A stretch of DNA of 55,804 nucleotides, taken from NCBI GenBank assembly GCA_001179505.1, contig CDMY01000538.1, positions 1 to 55,804 on the forward strand. Direction: 5' to 3'. This document shows positions 34,209 to 47,529 of this stretch, piece after piece. Below the pieces are notes generated by a model, which saw nothing but the letters and a program-made list of their open reading frames with translations, did no database searches and was not told the origin of the DNA. Position 1 is the first letter of the stretch; each line of letters opens with the position of its first letter. The stretch comes from Vitrella brassicaformis CCMP3155. Its lineage: Eukaryota > Protista > Chromerida. A program made the translations under genes and the position numbers.

Positions 34209-35322
34209 CTCGAGAGCATACTGACCGGTGTGGCCAATCAGAGAGGGACCACACAGCCGGAGGGAGGAATACTTCCATCCGATGACATGCGGCTGCAGCC
34301 AGGTAAGCACGACCCAGCGCACGATGGATACCCTCACAGCAGCAGTGATGTGTGTGTGTGTCAGGATTGATCTTTTCTGCGACGAGTTGGCGACACACGG
34401 CTTCTGTGGCGAGGGGCTATTCCTAGTCGAGACTTGACGAGAGCGACAGCACGGCTCCCAAGGCGATCGTGGTCCCTTTATGAGAGGGTTGCCCACTGGG
34501 CCTGCCTGTGCGGTCGCGACGACGACACACAGACGACCAGCCGTCATAGGTCGGCTGGTGATGTGTTGTGGGCCTCTAAGTAGAGCCGTCTTGCAAAATT
34601 TTGACGTGCGATTGATGGGGATGCAGAGGCGTGCAGTGTGCCTGTACGAGTGTGTGTGCCCTCTCGGGACAGAGAGTGTGTGGGACACATGAGTGGGGCG
34701 ACGGAGTCTGAAAGCTCCGAGAGCAAATTGCAGTCGATTGCGTGAAACACACACGTCTGTGGTTTGTCACCGCAGCACAGCACTCGCACTCAGGGGTCAC
34801 TTAGAGATACCAAAACGGGTCGGTCGCTACCAAAAGCTGCGTGGCAAAATCAGGCCATCGGTATGAATGAATGAATGGACGGGTGGGTGGGTGGAGTGTA
34901 GATTAGATATATACGGTGGATGCGAGTCAAAGCGCAGAGACAGACAGACAAGCAGAATAGTGACAAATCGTCCTGGTGTCTTGCTGTACAGTAGTGTGTG
35001 TGGGTGGGAAGTGGCGGTGTGTCACTCATGTGTGGGGAGGCAGGCCAGAGTCACTAGACAGCTCAGTTGGACGACAGACAAGGGAAGAGTCGTTTGCGTG
35101 TGAATGAGTGACAGAAAGACACACACGTACAGCCACACACACACAGACAGAGAGAGAGCAGGCCACGCACATCGTCACGTCACATTATATACCAATCCAC
35201 CCACCCTTGCTCACTCAACTGTCTGTCCTGCAAACACACGGCAAAAAGCACCACATAGCACTAGTCGGCCCGGCCCCATCCTCCCTCCCTCCCTCCCACC
35301 AGGCAGGCAGGCACCAATATAC

Positions 35323-35622
35323 NNNNNNNNNNNNNNNNNNNNNNNNNNNNNNNNNNNNNNNNNNNNNNNNNNNNNNNNNNNNNNNNNNNNNNNNNNNNNN
35401 NNNNNNNNNNNNNNNNNNNNNNNNNNNNNNNNNNNNNNNNNNNNNNNNNNNNNNNNNNNNNNNNNNNNNNNNNNNNNNNNNNNNNNNNNNNNNNNNNNNN
35501 NNNNNNNNNNNNNNNNNNNNNNNNNNNNNNNNNNNNNNNNNNNNNNNNNNNNNNNNNNNNNNNNNNNNNNNNNNNNNNNNNNNNNNNNNNNNNNNNNNNN
35601 NNNNNNNNNNNNNNNNNNNNNN
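35323..35622. other. Assembly gap (300 N placeholder)
   Basis: Run of N. Confidence 1.
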
Positions 35623-35753
35623 CCCACACACACACAAGAAAGCACTGACTAACCAAACTAACCACGGTCGGTCGATCACACCCACCAGGTACTGTATGCA
35701 GCTGGCCGCTGGGCCACCGCCCTTCCCCTTGCACCCCTCCCAGTCCCAGCCAC

Positions 35754-36300
35754 CTAACGCAGCCGCCTCCTGCCACCATGACCATGACCATGCCACCCAT
35801 TCCCTCCGCTATTCTCGTTCTTCTGCTTGTTTTCCCTGATCCGCTCCCTTGCCTCTTCCTGGTGCTTGACAAGGTCGTCCGAGGGATTGAACCCCGCCCG
35901 CCCTCTCGCCTGGTGGGGGCTGCACCAATATCTGCACAGACAGACAGACGGCGGCATGATATCGGCATATATGTCTGCCTGTCCTAGCTTACAGGTTTCC
36001 CTTGCCCCCACGGCGGTCGTTGAGCCGCTGCGTGTCGTTGCCGCACCGCTGCCCGAAGATTTGGTGACGGCCTTTGAACAGGGTGATGCGCTTGTCCGGG
36101 CTCACTTGCAGAGCGCGTGTGAGTGTCGGCCTTCCACCGGCCTCGGCCAGGTCCGTTGTGGGTGGGAACTTGTTTGTCTGCGTGAGATGTGGCGGGGATG
36201 CCATAGAGGGTGATGGGCTGGTTGTTGTCACTTCAGCAGCAGCAGCAGCAGCAGTGATCATCACGATTCCGAGAGCAAGAGGGACCAAGGCAATGGGCAT
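35754..36300 (-). CDS. Hypothetical small secreted protein; 3' end uncertain
   Basis: Signal-peptide-like MPIALVPLALGIVMITAAAAAAE. In-frame intron (gtaagc...gtgcag) gives ...GKGNL|YWCSPHQARG...EEARERIRENK. Confidence 0.55.
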
Positions 36301-36755
36301 CAAAGGTCACCCCAGGACGGCCGCACGGACATGATGGGCTCAGACAGAAGGGCCGAGGCTGGCAGGCCTCCTCGCCCCAGCACATCGTTCGCCCTTTTGA
36401 GGAAAGGATCCGCTATCATTATTTCTGTCTGGGGAACCCTGCGGCTCGGCAGCAGCGCGTGCACCGCCGACTTCACTCTGCAGCGTAGGCTCTGCAGCCG
36501 TGCCACAAGGCGGAACAATTGGTTGAACTGGAGCACCAGAGACGTGAGGCGGGGAGGCGCTTGGGGGCTGAACCAAGGGGCGGGGGCGTCTCAGAATTCG
36601 GCTTGAAAGGAAGCCCAAAACCGCTCTCTGAAGGTCAGAACGCCATCGCATATTGCAAAGACACGTTCTCTGCACCCTTGCAACGTCTGCAGCAGGTCCC
36701 AGGAAGCCCCGCCGCGATTCCCGCCCACCCATTCCTCCCTCCATCACACACAAGA

Positions 36756-37164
36756 ATGAAGGTCCGGCCCGTGCACATCGGCATTGTGGTCTACCTGATC
36801 CTCGCAACATACGCCGTCTGGCAGCGGCTAAGCGGCAAGCGTGGCCGAGTCTACCGGAAGTTTCACAAGCATGCTCTCGCCCCGAACAACCAATCGGGGC
36901 TCAGAGGCAAGACACACACAAGGAATGACACAAGAGACAGAATGGATTGCTTACTGCATGAATGGAGACGGCGGCCGGGGCATTCCATTATGTCTCTGTG
37001 TGTGTGTCTTTGTGAGCGCAGGTCAGTCCAGCGCCGCCTCGACCGCTCTGAAGATTTTTGGTGCGCCCGCGCCCAAGGGCGGCCCGCAGTGTTTCGACAG
37101 CAAGGACTGCTCCATCGCTCACGGATGGGACGAGGTCGACGAACGATACACCCAGGAGTTCTGA
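36756..37164 (+). CDS. Hypothetical ~97-aa single-pass membrane protein with a GC-AG intron
   Basis: MKVRPVHIGIVVYLILATYAVWQR...SGLR|GQSS...QCFDSKDCSIAHGWDEVDERYTQEF*. Intron 36907-37021 starts AG/GCAAGA. Confidence 0.65.
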
Positions 37165-37442
37165 AGTGAGTGAGGAAGAACAAGAGACAAGACGGAAGGA
37201 AACGAAGGGAATGCTCCGCTGGGTGGCTTGGAGTGGAGCAGGGCTGATATGGCATGGCACGGCATGACTGACGTATATAGATAGGCGCATGGATGTCCGG
37301 ATGAGTGGATGAGTGGATGGATGGATGGCTTCCTACGTGCGTGTTTGCGCGTGCATAAGAACCGACGACCTTCATTGTCTGATCAAGCATCAAGGATGCA
37401 TCCGGCCAGCATTTTACACGTGTGCCAGCCGGCACGAGAGAG

Positions 37443-40400
37443 CTAGGTCAGGAACACAGCACACTGCTTGAACGTCTGCACCGCCTTATCATCTCCACCA
37501 TCAACCCACACGCCACACACGGCATCACACAAGCGAGCGATGGCTGGCTGCGACACGCAGACCTTCCTATCACACCCATTCACGTATCGACACAGTTTCG
37601 ACAGCCTATCCCGAAACGCGTCACACCAATCCCGAAACGCGTCACACCAGTCTGACCGAACACCACTTTCACCTTTCCCTCTCCCCTTCAGCCAGCAGCC
37701 CGCGACGCCACACACGATGAGCAGGCCGGCCAGTGGGGGAGCAATGACCTCGCTCGAACACACGTCTACAAACACACGCAGCCGAGCGTCACCACCACCC
37801 TCTGTCTGGGGAGTCGCGAACCCCAATAGGTCCTCAAGCTCGGTCGCACCCACGACCCGGATGGCCGCATCGAGCCGATCGATGATAGTGGCAGCTTCTG
37901 GCAGCCACGGGGGCCACTCCCAATCACGAGAGTCGAGGGGGACTAAGGTGACGAGCAGCTGGCAGATGAGCAACTCCTCGGTGAACAGGTTGGCCGGCTC
38001 AACGTCGAACACGCGACGGGCGAGGAGGGGCTGCTGACCGGTTGATGGCTGGCTTGCTTGGAGTTGGGACTTCTTGGGAGGGATGGAGAGCCGTTCACTG
38101 GCCACTTGTTCACAGTCCTGCATGGCATTGAGGAATAGGTCGCGATGGAGGGGGGCGGTGAGCTCACGCGGATACGCCTGATGCGCACCACACGATCACA
38201 CCATTGCAGGGATCTGTCTCCTATGACCGATATGATCTGCTTGTCTTACCGGGATGACTTTTGTGATGATCAGTCTCAGGCACGATGTCGGCTCGAACGT
38301 CCCAGACACCATCGTGACGGCGCCGTCACCGCCCACCCCCTCCAGCGCTCCACGGCATGCCCTGCTGATGGCATCCCGCACATGAGGGACCTCATCTTGC
38401 AGCAACGCCACCACTGCCCGCCACACGCACAATTGATACGCTCCCTTCTTCTCGCGCATACAGGCGGACAGTCGGCCGATTGCGTCCACTGCCGCCATGC
38501 GCAGAGCGATGTCTGACTTGGGATCGCTGCATCGAAGGACCCACTGGCTGAAGGGATCCCAGAGATCATTCGCTTCAGCTTCAGGGTTGGTTGTGTGTAA
38601 CAGGATGCTGGCCGACGTCAGGAGCACCGCTTTCAGGACCCGTGGGTGTCTCGGGTGTCGTGCCTGGAATGCGACCAGAAGCCTCATCCACTCAGCAGGG
38701 TGCTGATCGGCACCGACGTGGCCTCCTCCAGCTGCTGCCATGACGGTCTCTGTCAGCAGCTTGCACGCCTGTATGCCGACCTCAGTATCGCCCTTCTGGC
38801 TCTTCAGGCTCTCCACGCAGCACACCGTCAGCGCATCAGCCACATCACACCCCACAGTCCCGTTCGCCGGTGCATTAACGTTAATCTCCCGCATGAGCTT
38901 CCGCGCCTGTCGAAACGCCTCCCCGTGTGCGGATGGGGGCGCATTCAGCGACGCCAGCCGAGAGAGAAAGGCAGCAACCTGTCTGCCGGGCAAGCACGAG
39001 GGACTCTGAAGGGTCTCCAGCAGCTCAACCACGTGTACGGCATGCAGGCCGACTCGACTTGCGGAGACCATTAGAGGAGCCTCGCTTGAAGGGCCGAAGC
39101 TCAGCAGTGGTGGCCGCGACTCCTTTCCCAGAACCGATTCAGCCGAGGTCTTGGCTAGTGCAGCCACTTCAGAAAGGAGTGCCGAGGAGCCTCCATTCCT
39201 CTCTTCCATGCTCGCCCCAATGGCAGAGAGGAGCCGGTCAAGCACGTCCAGGGCTGTCATCCGTATGAGCACGGGCAGCGGACGGCTCCACAGGGCCTGT
39301 AAGGCCTCCAGCAATAATCGCATCGCGCCTTCTAGAGCCTCTGTTGGAGCGCGGAGGGCGTCAGTAATGATCTGTTGTGCCGACGGGTGGCTGAGCAGCT
39401 CGAGCGCTGAGTGGACGCTCCCATGCACATGGTTGAACGACACAGAGGCGCCCAATTGCACCGCAAGTGCATCCGTCACTGCCTTCAGCAGCTCTGTTGC
39501 CGCAACTTCCGCCGACCCGTTCCTCAGCCTCTCTAGCGTCCAATTCGCCAGTGCGCGGGCAGCCAGTATGCGCACGTGTGCCGCCTTGGATGAGAGACAG
39601 CGTTGTGTCGCCTTCATGATGGAGCCGACATCCATGTCGCCCCTGCCGTCGGCTGTGTCTTCATGCTGGCGATCGGTGTGTCCTCTGGTCAGAGGTCCTC
39701 GCGAGAGCAGCAGCAGGACAGCCATCGGCCCGCCGTGCACCTCAAGGCCGAACAACTCGCCACTGATGCCACTGCTGCCACCGCTGCCGGTGCCGTTGGT
39801 GGTGTCGCCTCTCTCCCCCCCATCCCCGTCCATGTGCATGTGCGCCAGCAACAGGTCCAGTAGATGTGGCTGCCGCCCCAGTATCTCCTCAAGAGACCCA
39901 CACTGCGTCTTGGCGGCCATCTGCCCGGCACGCGACTCCGCCCCCGAGCAGAAAAGGAAGCCCTTCGGCGACACCTCGATCGACTCATTGTCAGCACTGA
40001 GCAGCCGCCTCACGATCGTCACGTAGAGCATGGTGCTGGCATTCCGCACCAGCCAGCTGTCGCTCCGCAGGCCCTCCATGGCGGCCTCCAGCGAGCCGCC
40101 CAGGAAGTCCCGTGTCGATGAGGTGAGATACCCGCTCAGCAGCAGCGCCCGCAGCGCGTTGATGGCGTGCACACGGCAGGCCGCCGGACGGTCCGGCAGA
40201 GTGGCGGGGAACTCCGCGTCGAACTTCCCTGAGGTGATCTCCAGGAGGGCTGACATGGCCCGGGGAAGAAGGACGCTGCCGAGTGAGGGCGGCTCGCCAC
40301 GCAGAAGGGCCACGAAGGCGAGGCCCAGCGAGCGTGAGCGTCTCAGTGGGGGCGGGAGGAATGCGTCTGGGTCGAGTGTGGAGGTGGGGGCGTTGCTGCC

Positions 40401-43273
40401 TTGGTGGTGCCATCTTGCGGGCGGCAGCAGCAGGTTCAGCAACGTGTCGAGCCATGTTGACGGCAGGTGGCAGAGGTCCACCGACCCCGAACACATGAGC
40501 TTCTGCGCCAGGGATGTCCATGCCGCAGCGAGCCTGTCCATCGCCCCGGGATGCCTCACGGCCACCAGGAGGGTCAGCAGCTGCCGACCCAGTTCATCCA
40601 GCTCGGAGGGCGTGAGCAGCCGGGCCTCTTCTCCCCCGCCCTCGCTATCACAGAATGGCATCCAATCGAGCAGCGCCATGAGTGTCTCCCCGACCTCCTT
40701 GACGCTCAGCCACGACCCGACCACGAGCACGTTCTCCTCGTTGACCATGTCGATCGCGCTTTCATCGGCCGCCGTATCGTCGTGTCTTGTCATGATGGGG
40801 TGGCCGCGGCAATCAATCACTCCAGGGCGGAAAGACGCACCTGACCACACACAGCACAGACACACACAGAGAGAGACGTCCATCGTCATCCACACACACG
40901 TGCACATGTGAGTGTCATGTGTCCTGCCTGACCTGTCGGCAGCACCACTGCCAGGGCGGCTGTCTCGTCTGCCGTGTGGTCGCGCCGCCTCCACCCCTCC
41001 GCCAGCAGAAGCGCATCGGCCCCTTCTGCAATGATGGAGAAGACTTGCACGCACATGCCCAATAGCGCCTCCACCATCCCCTTCACCAACGGCCGCCAGT
41101 CAGCAGCAGCAGCAGCCCCTCCTCTCGGCAACGACCCAAGGCACGCCCCGAGCGCTCTGACAAGACCGTGAAGCGCCAGCGATGGGTCGCCCATGGTATC
41201 GTTGGGGCCGTTGTTGGCCGACAGCCGCCTTTGCCTTTGCCGGATGCCCTCGACGACGCATGATAGGAAGGCAACGGCGGGGGGACCGCTGGTGAGCTGC
41301 GCTTGTGGTGGCGACGGCACACCGAGGGAGGTGTGGAGGGCCTGGAGGACCGCATGTCTTATGCAGGAGAGGTCCGCTGGCGAGCATTGGTCGAGAGGAC
41401 GATGGAGTAGGTCTGCTGGGAATGAAGGGATGGTGGTGGGGGCTTGGAGGGAGTCGGATGGAGCGGTGGTGTCGTATTTGGCGAAGAGTGCGGTGAACAG
41501 AAGCTTCATGAGGCACTCTCCGGCCGAATAGTCCCTACGACCAACCAGCAAGAGAGAGAAGAGAACGACAAGACGACATCCATCCACTCACATCACACGC
41601 TCCATGTGTCCCTTTGTTTCCTCTTTCGCCTGGCGTCCTCACCTGCCCCTGACGCTCTGCAGCAGCAGCACGCACTCCTCCACAAAGCAAGCCACCACCC
41701 TCTCGCCACCCACCCCCACCCCCTCCCTCAATGGCGGGATGGGAAGCGGGCAAGGAAAGCCCCCCAGCAGCTTCAGCGCCACCTGCCTTTGCCGCTCCCA
41801 GGTGCTCGACAGACACCGTACCAACACCGCCTTGGCCTCATGAGAATAGAGGCCGATAACGTTGCCCGCGCTGCACGGGCCATATCTGGTGCTGTGGCTG
41901 CCGGTGAGGCCGCCTCCTTGCTGCCCCCACACGTCATGGAGGATGGCCAGCAGGTCTAGGGCGGTGTGACACCGGTCGAATGGCTGGCCGGGGAAGAGGA
42001 AGGACAGCAGCTGCTCGTGGAGGGACGCCAGCAGGCTGAGAGTGGTCGAGAGGTCAGAGAGGTCGGTGCCCGAGGATGCATGCCCATTCATGGCGGCTCG
42101 CAGCTCTGGCTCGCTCATCCGCTCCATGGCCTTGCGCACACCGTCCCTCGCGCGGCACATGCCCTTCCGAAACGCGTTGCCGCACTGCACGCGGCCGTCG
42201 GCCGTCGACGCCTTGAGAGAATGCCTCACCGTATGCCGCAGCATGAGCCCCTCAGGAACGATGAAAGGCGTTGTGGTTCCCGGGGCGGCGACGGCCAGTT
42301 CGAGCAGCGCCTGACGGAGGCTCTCCTGCCCGCCTTGCAGGCCACACAACAGACGGTCCAGTGGGATCTCATAGCTGACGGGGGCGCCTTGTGCATCTGC
42401 CCCCTCGACGCGCAGCCTCCATGCTGCTGCTTGGGTGTGTTGCTGTTGATGCCATGTCGCCACGCCTCCCCGCCTGGCAACTTGCAGCAGAATCGCTTCG
42501 GGCACGCTCCACGCTGTTGATTCGCCCACAATGGACCGGACTAAAGGTGCCAGGGCGGATGGGTCTAGCTTCTCGAGCAGCGGGCCGACAGACGATGCCA
42601 CCACAGCCGCCCTGTCTTCATCGCCATCCCCACCATCGGCTGTCAAGGCGGCCGCCAGCACGGGAAGGACCACATGAAGTGGCTCACCGGCCTTGACCAG
42701 CCCCGAGATGACCTTCTGCAGCAGCAGCCGGGCAGCTGCAGCGACGGGCTGTTCCGACAGAGAAGCCAGCAATTGCGGAATGAGCGACGGCAGCCACTCG
42801 AGCAGCCGAGAGGGTCCGACATGCGGCAGCAGGGCGCAGAGAGCGAGGTACTGGGACTTCTTAGACGAAGAGGGTAGACGGATGACCCGCTCGCACATGA
42901 GCCGCAGGAGGGAGCTGTCTTGCTGCTGTGCGAGGGCGGCGAGCTGGTGCCGGCTGTTGAGCATGGCGTCCCATATGTTGCGCGATGCTTGCTGAGTGGG
43001 CTTGTGGGGATGGTCCCAGTGGCTGACCAGACAGTCCAGCAGCAACTCAATCACCCGACGGACCGACGCAGACGGAGACGGGCTTTCTTCCTCTCTGTCT
43101 TCACTCGCCTCACTCGGTGGCGGCAGCACGACACACGACAGCCACACCTGCAGGCTCTGCAGGGCGAAGTGGCGCAGCTGCCACCCTGGGGACCGCGTGT
43201 ACTGGCATATCGCTTCAAACAGCTCCGCTTGCAACGTCCACCACTCGGCAAAACGCAGCTCCGCCCCTTGCCC

Positions 43274-43304
<31 letters not shown>

Positions 43305-44446
43305 CACATGGGCAGTGCGACCATAGCGCCCCGCACGACGGCCAGGCGACCCATTGGGCCCAGTGGCGTGGCTGAAGTGGGGGTGGGGACGGCCGGGGTG
43401 AGGGCGAGAGTCGGGAGGATGGCGGACCGGATGTGGGCTGCGAAGCGAGGGGCGCTGAGGGTGTGTCGCGTGGCCTGCAGGATGGAACAGGCGAGACCGG
43501 CTTGGGCCAGCAGATCACGGGGCAGCAGATCCACACCTGAGCGATCGAATCCATCCAGAAGAAGCAGCCTTAGTGTTATCCATGGGTGTGTGCGTGTGTG
43601 TTTAGTCTGCTCACCCCCCCACTCACCGAGCATCTTGTTGAGGGCCTCTTGCAGCTGACTGACCACATTCTCCCTCTCCACCACATACACGAGCCCCCTG
43701 TGGTCGTGCATGAGGTCCAACATGGCCACCATGACCCTCTCCTGACACGCACCGCTCGCGTCAGCCAGGCTCTGCAGACCCGCAGCGACCCCTCCACCTC
43801 CACCATCCTCCAGTGCTGATGCGTATCGGTAGATGAGGGACCCCAGGAACGTCCACACAGCGCCGATCTGCTCGTCTGTCGCAAGCAGTAGGTCGGACAA
43901 AACGGTGTGCGTCAGAAAAAGGTCGATCTGTGCGGCGGCTTCCGAAGCGTGTTCAGGGATGACAGCAGCCGCAGCCCCATCCAGGATGTGCCCCTGTAGC
44001 CCGCGAGCAAAGTCGGTAAGAAGCTGCCTTGTTTGGTCCATTGCCGCCCTTGCAAGCTGCGCGTCAGGCCCCTCCTCCATTTCTCGCAGGGTCGCCCACA
44101 CAGCTGTGACGTGCCGACGCAGCCTGTGGCTGTGAAGGGGCAGCACCAGGTAAAAGGCAAAGGACACGAACGCCTCCACGACGCCATGCTCATCATCGGC
44201 AGATGGTGAGCCCTTCGAGCCTTCATGTTGTCCGAGCAATAGAGATGTAAGCCTCTTGATGGCGTCCACTTGTTGCAGCACCGCATCGCTGTCGAGAAGG
44301 GTCTGCACGTGCTGGCCCGCCTCAGGAGTCAGCTTGTGGATGAGTTGTTGTGCGGCTGCTCGGCACGGTGCAGTGATGGGAAATAGCGGCGGTCCCCGCT
44401 GCTCGGAACCGTCGCGGGCATGCGGCTTCGTCTTCTTGCGCACCAT
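37443..44446 (-). CDS. THADA: THADA/Trm732-like (DUF2428) armadillo-repeat protein, cofactor for tRNA C32 2'-O-methylation; 3' end approximate
   Basis: Very long helical ORFs (41639-44446, 38196-41054). PLRRSRSL motif; VHAINALRALL...EGLRSDSWLVRNASTMLY...RRL; WDHP and LQDEVPHVRD motifs. Poly-Gln tract at ~43270-43300. Confidence 0.85.
37608..37649. repeat. Perfect 21-nt tandem duplication (atcccgaaacgcgtcacacca x2)
   Basis: Read directly. Confidence 0.95.
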
Positions 44447-44652
44447 TTTCGACAGCAGCTTGAGTCAAACTGCATGTAACAGACGACAGAGCGTGACAGA
44501 TGAGCACTCTTCCTCAGTGATCTATTATCTCGTCAGATCTCACCTTCTTTCTGTCGCACCGATTTCACAGCTCAGAGGGACCGTCCCGCTTTTTTCTTCC
44601 GTGAAACCGTTTTCTCAAGCTCGCGGTGCGGTCCAGTTCTCCCCGACTGGAG
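44447..44652. promoter_or_regulatory. Putative bidirectional promoter (THADA / LRAT-like)
   Basis: 206 nt between divergent ATGs. Confidence 0.5.
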
Positions 44653-46064
44653 ATGACAGAGGCGCGTTCCGAGGGGAGCACCTCTCCTGGCTCTCCAGCC
44701 AACGATGACCACATCAACGACTTTGATTGCCACGGCACAGTGGTCATCGACAATCACGAGCCGCTCACGGCCATCCCGTCGTGCGGCACCATGGCGCCCT
44801 GGGTGTTGGATCACGAGTGTGAGGACGACCGGCAGCTCACCGACCGCATCGTCTTTGTCGACGTCAACAAGCTGCGGGACCAGCAGGCGGCGCCGGCGAG
44901 GCAGCCTGGGCTGCTGAGGGGCGGTCAGAACCCTAGAAAGGCTCTCAAAGACACGATCGGTAAGCAGAGCCACGAACAAGCCAGGAGGAAGGCAAAGACA
45001 CCCTGTCTACTGTTGACTCTGCTGCTTTCGTGTGTTAATTTTCAGGGTTGGTTCTGTGTCGCATTGCGAGCAGTCACCCCACGGCCATCGTGCTGTGTGG
45101 GGAGAGCGTGCAGCAGTACCGCAAGCAGGACTGGACCGAGCAGTTCAGGAGGTCGCTCTCGGGCGTGCCCGTGGTCATCAGCAGGGACAGCACTATCATG
45201 ACCTGGCTGGCGCCGGCTGAGGCCGAGGATCGGCCACGTCTGGAGCAGGCCCTGATCACGTCCATCCCCCTGAAGCCGGGTGACCACATCGCTCGGGAGA
45301 TCAACGGACATGTCAGCGGGTATGGCTCACCGGCAGGCAGGCACACGCCTTTCTGTCTGTCTGTGTGTGGGATCTAATTAATGCCCGTCTGTCTTCTGTT
45401 CTGTGTGCAGGCAGCTGGCGACGCATCACGGCATCTACGTGGGCAACGGCCGTGTGATCCACTTCAGCGGCAACGAGGCAATGGGCGGCCTCAAGGGGCT
45501 TTCAGCGGCCGTGGGCAAGGGCAAGGCCAAGGTGCGGTGCACTTCGGTCCTCCAGTTCATGAAGTACGGCTACAACCTGCGCGTCAAACGATACGCCGAG
45601 CCGACAGCCGACAAGGTGCGTGTAAGTCGATCCATCCGAGGTGGTTGGTGGGCGACTTGATTATCTATCATCCGCGTGTGTGTGTGTGTGTTTTCAGAAG
45701 ACTGTGGAGCGTGCCGAGGCGGCCTTCCACGAGCAGTGGTACCCGAGCTACCACCTCCTCAAGAACAACTGCGAGCACTTCGCTCATTACTGCAAAACCG
45801 GGCGAGCACAGTCCTCACAGGTACTAACTACCACACACACGCAGAGAGAGATGCGACCATCTTCCTCCCCGCGTCTCACCTCCCTCACCCTTCTCCCTCC
45901 CTCTCTGTGTCCGTCAGGTGCACACTGCTCTGGCTGTGGGTGTGGGCGTCATCGGCGTCGCGGCGGTCGGCATCACGGCATTGGGACTAGGTGCACTAGG
46001 CGGGGCAATAGCGGCGCGGGGGCGGTCAAACGAACGCAGCAGGTCGCCGCAGAGGGAAAGATAA
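44653..46064 (+). CDS. LRAT/NC-domain (permuted NlpC/P60, PLAAT/HRASLS-like) protein with a C-terminal hydrophobic anchor
   Basis: LKPGDHI, THHGIYVGNGRVIHF, YHLLKNNCEHFAHYCKTG. Last exon VHTALAVGVGVIGVAAVGITALGLGALGG...RER*. Confidence 0.88.
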
Positions 46065-46845
46065 TGACAGCGTGATATCTCTCTCTTGCTGGCAAGGCGG
46101 GCTGTGCGTAGCGTCGGGGTGTCAATGCTCCTGATTTTTCTGCGAGAGTGCTCGAGTGCGTGTTGGCAGTCGGTGGCGTCACGGTGGTGTAAGATAAATG
46201 GTTTTGATCAAGTCTTCTATTGCTGGTCTGTGTCTGTGTTTGCGTGTGACTGTGTGAGGCGGCAGCGGAGAAGGTCATCGAGCTCCCGCCGCGCAAGTGC
46301 ATCGGCCCCTGTAGCTGGGGGCCGATGACACACTTGCTTGGCGGTTGTTGGATGTCCTTCTGCACGCCGCCTTGCAAGCGTGTGAGAGTCTTGATGCACA
46401 GACAGATGCATACACACATAAAAGCCCTGTCAGTGTTCCCCATTCCACCAATCCCCAGCCTGGCGGCGAAAAACGACATCAGGCTCCGAAGCACATACAC
46501 AAACACCACACAATGCACCGCATAACGCTAGCTGTCCAGACGAAAAACGCCCACGCACATCCCCACGCACATCGAATCGACCCATACAAAGCCACGGCAA
46601 AAAACACGATCGGGAGCCGCAAAGCGGCTCACCATTGCGGAATGCGATGTATTGCGATATGTACAATCACACGCAGACACACCGAGACGACAGACAGATG
46701 TGTCTACGGCAAACATCCAGGGCCGCCTTTCGCCGCGAACACAGCCCAGCCACAGATAAAGCGGGGTAGGCTAGACTGTTGCCCTTTCTGGCTGCCTGTT
46801 AGCTATGGGTGCAGCCATCCATCGATCAGAGCACCAGAGCGTCAA

Positions 46846-47493
46846 TCATGAAGCCACAACATCCACCACACCCGCCACAAAGCCATCCCACCACCCCTGC
46901 ACCGCTCCCACCCACCCCACAGCCTCACTCTCAGCTGTGCCTGCCCCTCTATCCCTCTCTGCGCGCCTTCTGGCTGCCCACGGCGGCCGTGTGGCCACAG
47001 ACCAACCCCGAAGAGTGCGTCCCTGGCCCACTGGCGGCAGATGGCGTGGCCCCTGCAGGCCATCATCGAGCCGCCGGCCTCTCCCTCCCATCGCTCCTCC
47101 CTTGCCGCCTGTGCCGCCTCTGACCACTCCGATAGGTCCGGGGCGCCCCTGTGCCGCGCCCGATTGGGTGATGCCCTGGCCTTTGCCTCTGATGTTGTCG
47201 CTGATGTAGTTCTGCTGCCACCTTCTGCCGAGGAAGTAGGGGTCCACGAAGCGGTTGGGGCGGCAGGCCACGTAGTTACCCTTCCCTGAAGGGCAGGGCG
47301 GCAGCGGCAGGTGGTCAGACAGACGATGCACACACACCAACCAGCAAACACAGTGAGTATGGGGATGTGAGAGAGACTGAGAGAGAGGGGAGGGGTTGCG
47401 CTTTCGACTTTTGCCCCACACACCTGCTCGCCTGTCGTTGGGCTGCACGATCTCCGTACCACACCTGAGAAGACACACACACACACACACACA

Positions 47494-47529
<36 letters not shown>

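Noticed and set aside
39151-40911. Long plus-strand ORFs (291 and 293 aa), and similar ones at 22141-23205, 7557-8396 and 32238-32939
   Set aside because: Antisense shadows of GC-rich coding exons; no recognisable domains.
46614-46630. Perfect hairpin GAGCCGC-AAA-GCGGCTC between convergent genes
   Set aside because: A 7-bp stem is expected by chance in 56 kb and there is no supporting context.
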